Shown piece after piece: positions 62,899 through 64,000 of a stretch of DNA of 64,000 bases; the stretch's first letter is position 1, and each line of letters starts with the position of its first letter. The stretch lies in sequence record MH533020.1, one strand, 5' to 3'. The DNA is from Acinetobacter phage ABPH49. Made by a program: the position numbers and the translations under genes. The notes beneath the pieces are model-generated. The model did not search any database. It saw only the letters and a list, made by a program, of their open reading frames with translations, and was not told where the DNA came from.

Positions 62899-63846
62899 TT
62901 AAAACATCTGTGGTGGCGGGAAGTATCTAATTTCTTCGTACTTAGGATATGAAGGATATCCTAACTTCTCCCCCTCGTCAACAAAAAACTGACCATCAGG
63001 CCAAACCATCCGAACCAGTGGTGGGATCTCTGGAAGGTTTTTAATCTCCTCGTCGAGCATCTTTGCAACATCCTGCGTCCGGCAGAAGGAAGCACATACC
63101 CTGTCATTTGGGAAAATAACAGATTCATGCTCTGTGCCGATCTCCATCCACATGTGGGTGTCACGATTGGACCAGCTGGAATAGTCCCTGACATTGGACC
63201 CATAATCCGGCCGCGCCGGTGCATTGCCGAAGTTTATCCGCAAGCCACCCAGCTGCGTCCTAACCCTATTGACGCCATACCCGAATTCCTTCGTCACCAG
63301 AGAGATCTCTGTCCCGAGCGTCAGCTCTTTGTGTTCTTCGGTGAGAAGACTACTCACCGCACTTAAACCCTCTATGCAGTACCAGAGGGACCCAACTTTT
63401 GGGCCACTACCCTGTTGGGAATCGAGCTTATAGAAATGCTCGAAAAGCTCCTCCAGAACGGTTTTTATGGAGGTGTTGTAGAATTTAACCATCCCAGTCC
63501 CGCTGACTGTCGGCATCAGATTAGGGCTTGCATTGGTGGTGGTGTGGTATCGGATAGATGGAGCCTCACGATAGAGAACAAAGGAAACGTCATCCCTTTC
63601 CTGATGCTTTACTGAATAGGCAGCGGCGCTGCCCATATTGATCATCGCATCAAGAATGCGCTCATGGAACTGAACAGACCGGTAATTTGGTATTTTACGC
63701 AAGGCTGAGTAAAACAGTGACTCATTTTTGTCGTTGGTCTGAGTGTCCCAATTGCCATTCAACATCGCCTTCATCTCCCTTTCTGAGAAGTTTGGTGTGC
63801 GTATGGATCGTTGTCCGACCCACCACGGATTTTTGTCAATTTTCAT
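62899..63846 (-). CDS. hypothetical protein
   Basis: internal ATG (MKIDKNPWWVGQ...) with RBS GAAGGAGGG; within track ORF 62899..63882. Confidence 0.5.
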   Translation of the reverse strand: MKIDKNPWWVGQRSIRTPNFSEREMKAMLNGNWDTQTNDKNESLFYSALRKIPNYRSVQFHERILDAMINMGSAAAYSVKHQERDDVSFVLYREAPSIRYHTTTNASPNLMPTVSGTGMVKFYNTSIKTVLEELFEHFYKLDSQQGSGPKVGSLWYCIEGLSAVSSLLTEEHKELTLGTEISLVTKEFGYGVNRVRTQLGGLRINFGNAPARPDYGSNVRDYSSWSNRDTHMWMEIGTEHESVIFPNDRVCASFCRTQDVAKMLDEEIKNLPEIPPLVRMVWPDGQFFVDEGEKLGYPSYPKYEEIRYFPPPQMF

Positions 63847-63904
63847 ATTCCCTCCTTCATTAGATTCACATAAAGGTACCATGATATTTTTATGATTTCA
63901 AGTG

Positions 63905-63933
63905 TTGACTTCGGATAATTCGACATGTAATAT
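63905..63933 (+). promoter_or_regulatory. sigma70-like promoter (TTGACT-17-TAATAT) diverging from the minus-strand block
   Basis: consensus hexamers with 17-nt spacer; followed by RBS GAGGG and ATG 63966. Confidence 0.5.
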
Positions 63934-63965
63934 TGGCACATCTTAAACGAACTGAGGGTATGAAT

Positions 63966-64000
63966 ATGTCTCGAGTTATGACCAAGAAAGAAAAGATGGC
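63966..64000 (+). CDS. hypothetical protein, 3'-truncated at the window edge
   Basis: ATG after the promoter and RBS; only 11 codons visible. Confidence 0.3.
   Translation, partial: MSRVMTKKEKM

Noticed and set aside
1-64000. Integrase, excisionase, transposase or other mobile-element hallmarks
   Set aside because: No recombinase motifs (tyrosine or serine recombinase, DDE) were recognised in any frame. The window looks like a lytic-phage replication and early region and not a prophage junction.

Overview
This window looks like part of a large tailed-phage (Caudoviricetes) genome with about 50% GC. The left half (1-31.8 kb) is transcribed on the + strand and encodes a DNA-replication, nucleotide-metabolism and host-interaction module. 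Recognisable products there include an ATP-dependent DNA ligase, class Ia ribonucleotide reductase NrdA/NrdB, a glutaredoxin, a ThyX-like thymidylate synthase, a dNMP kinase, a HAD-family nucleotidase, a T4 RNase H-like 5'-3' exonuclease, a DEDDh 3'-5' exonuclease, RuvC-like and endonuclease VII-like resolvases, an HNH endonuclease, a lambda R-type endolysin, PhoH, a ClpP-like protease, an orphan N6-adenine methyltransferase, a CCA tRNA nucleotidyltransferase, a PTH2-like protein, a Pol-beta nucleotidyltransferase and a NADAR domain protein. The right half (31.8-64 kb) is almost entirely on the - strand. It is densely packed with small genes of unknown function, many encoding membrane or Zn-ribbon proteins of under 60 aa, plus a CobS/CobT-like MoxR AAA+ and VWA-metallopeptidase pair, a MESH1/SpoT-like small alarmone hydrolase, a DksA/TraR zinc-finger protein and a HicB-like protein. 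The two halves converge at a bidirectional terminator near 31.8 kb. Non-coding features include consensus sigma70-like promoters (TTGACA-17/18-TAATAT), several rho-independent terminators including a duplicated identical one, and a promoter plus 5'-UTR hairpin cassette (GGCGGGAATGGTTCCCGCC) repeated at least 5 times upstream of minus-strand genes. There are two low-coding regions at 39.5-40.95 kb and 54.4-55.5 kb with inverted and tandem repeats that may be an origin or regulatory hub. Four conserved genes (nrdB, the dNMP kinase, the CCA enzyme and the NADAR protein) carry apparent 1-nt frameshifts, two of them in A5 homopolymers. Sequencing or homopolymer errors are the likeliest explanation, with genuine pseudogenisation the alternative. 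No tRNA, rRNA, CRISPR array, integrase or transposase was recognised. All functional calls rest on motif recognition by eye and should be confirmed by HMM or BLAST searches.
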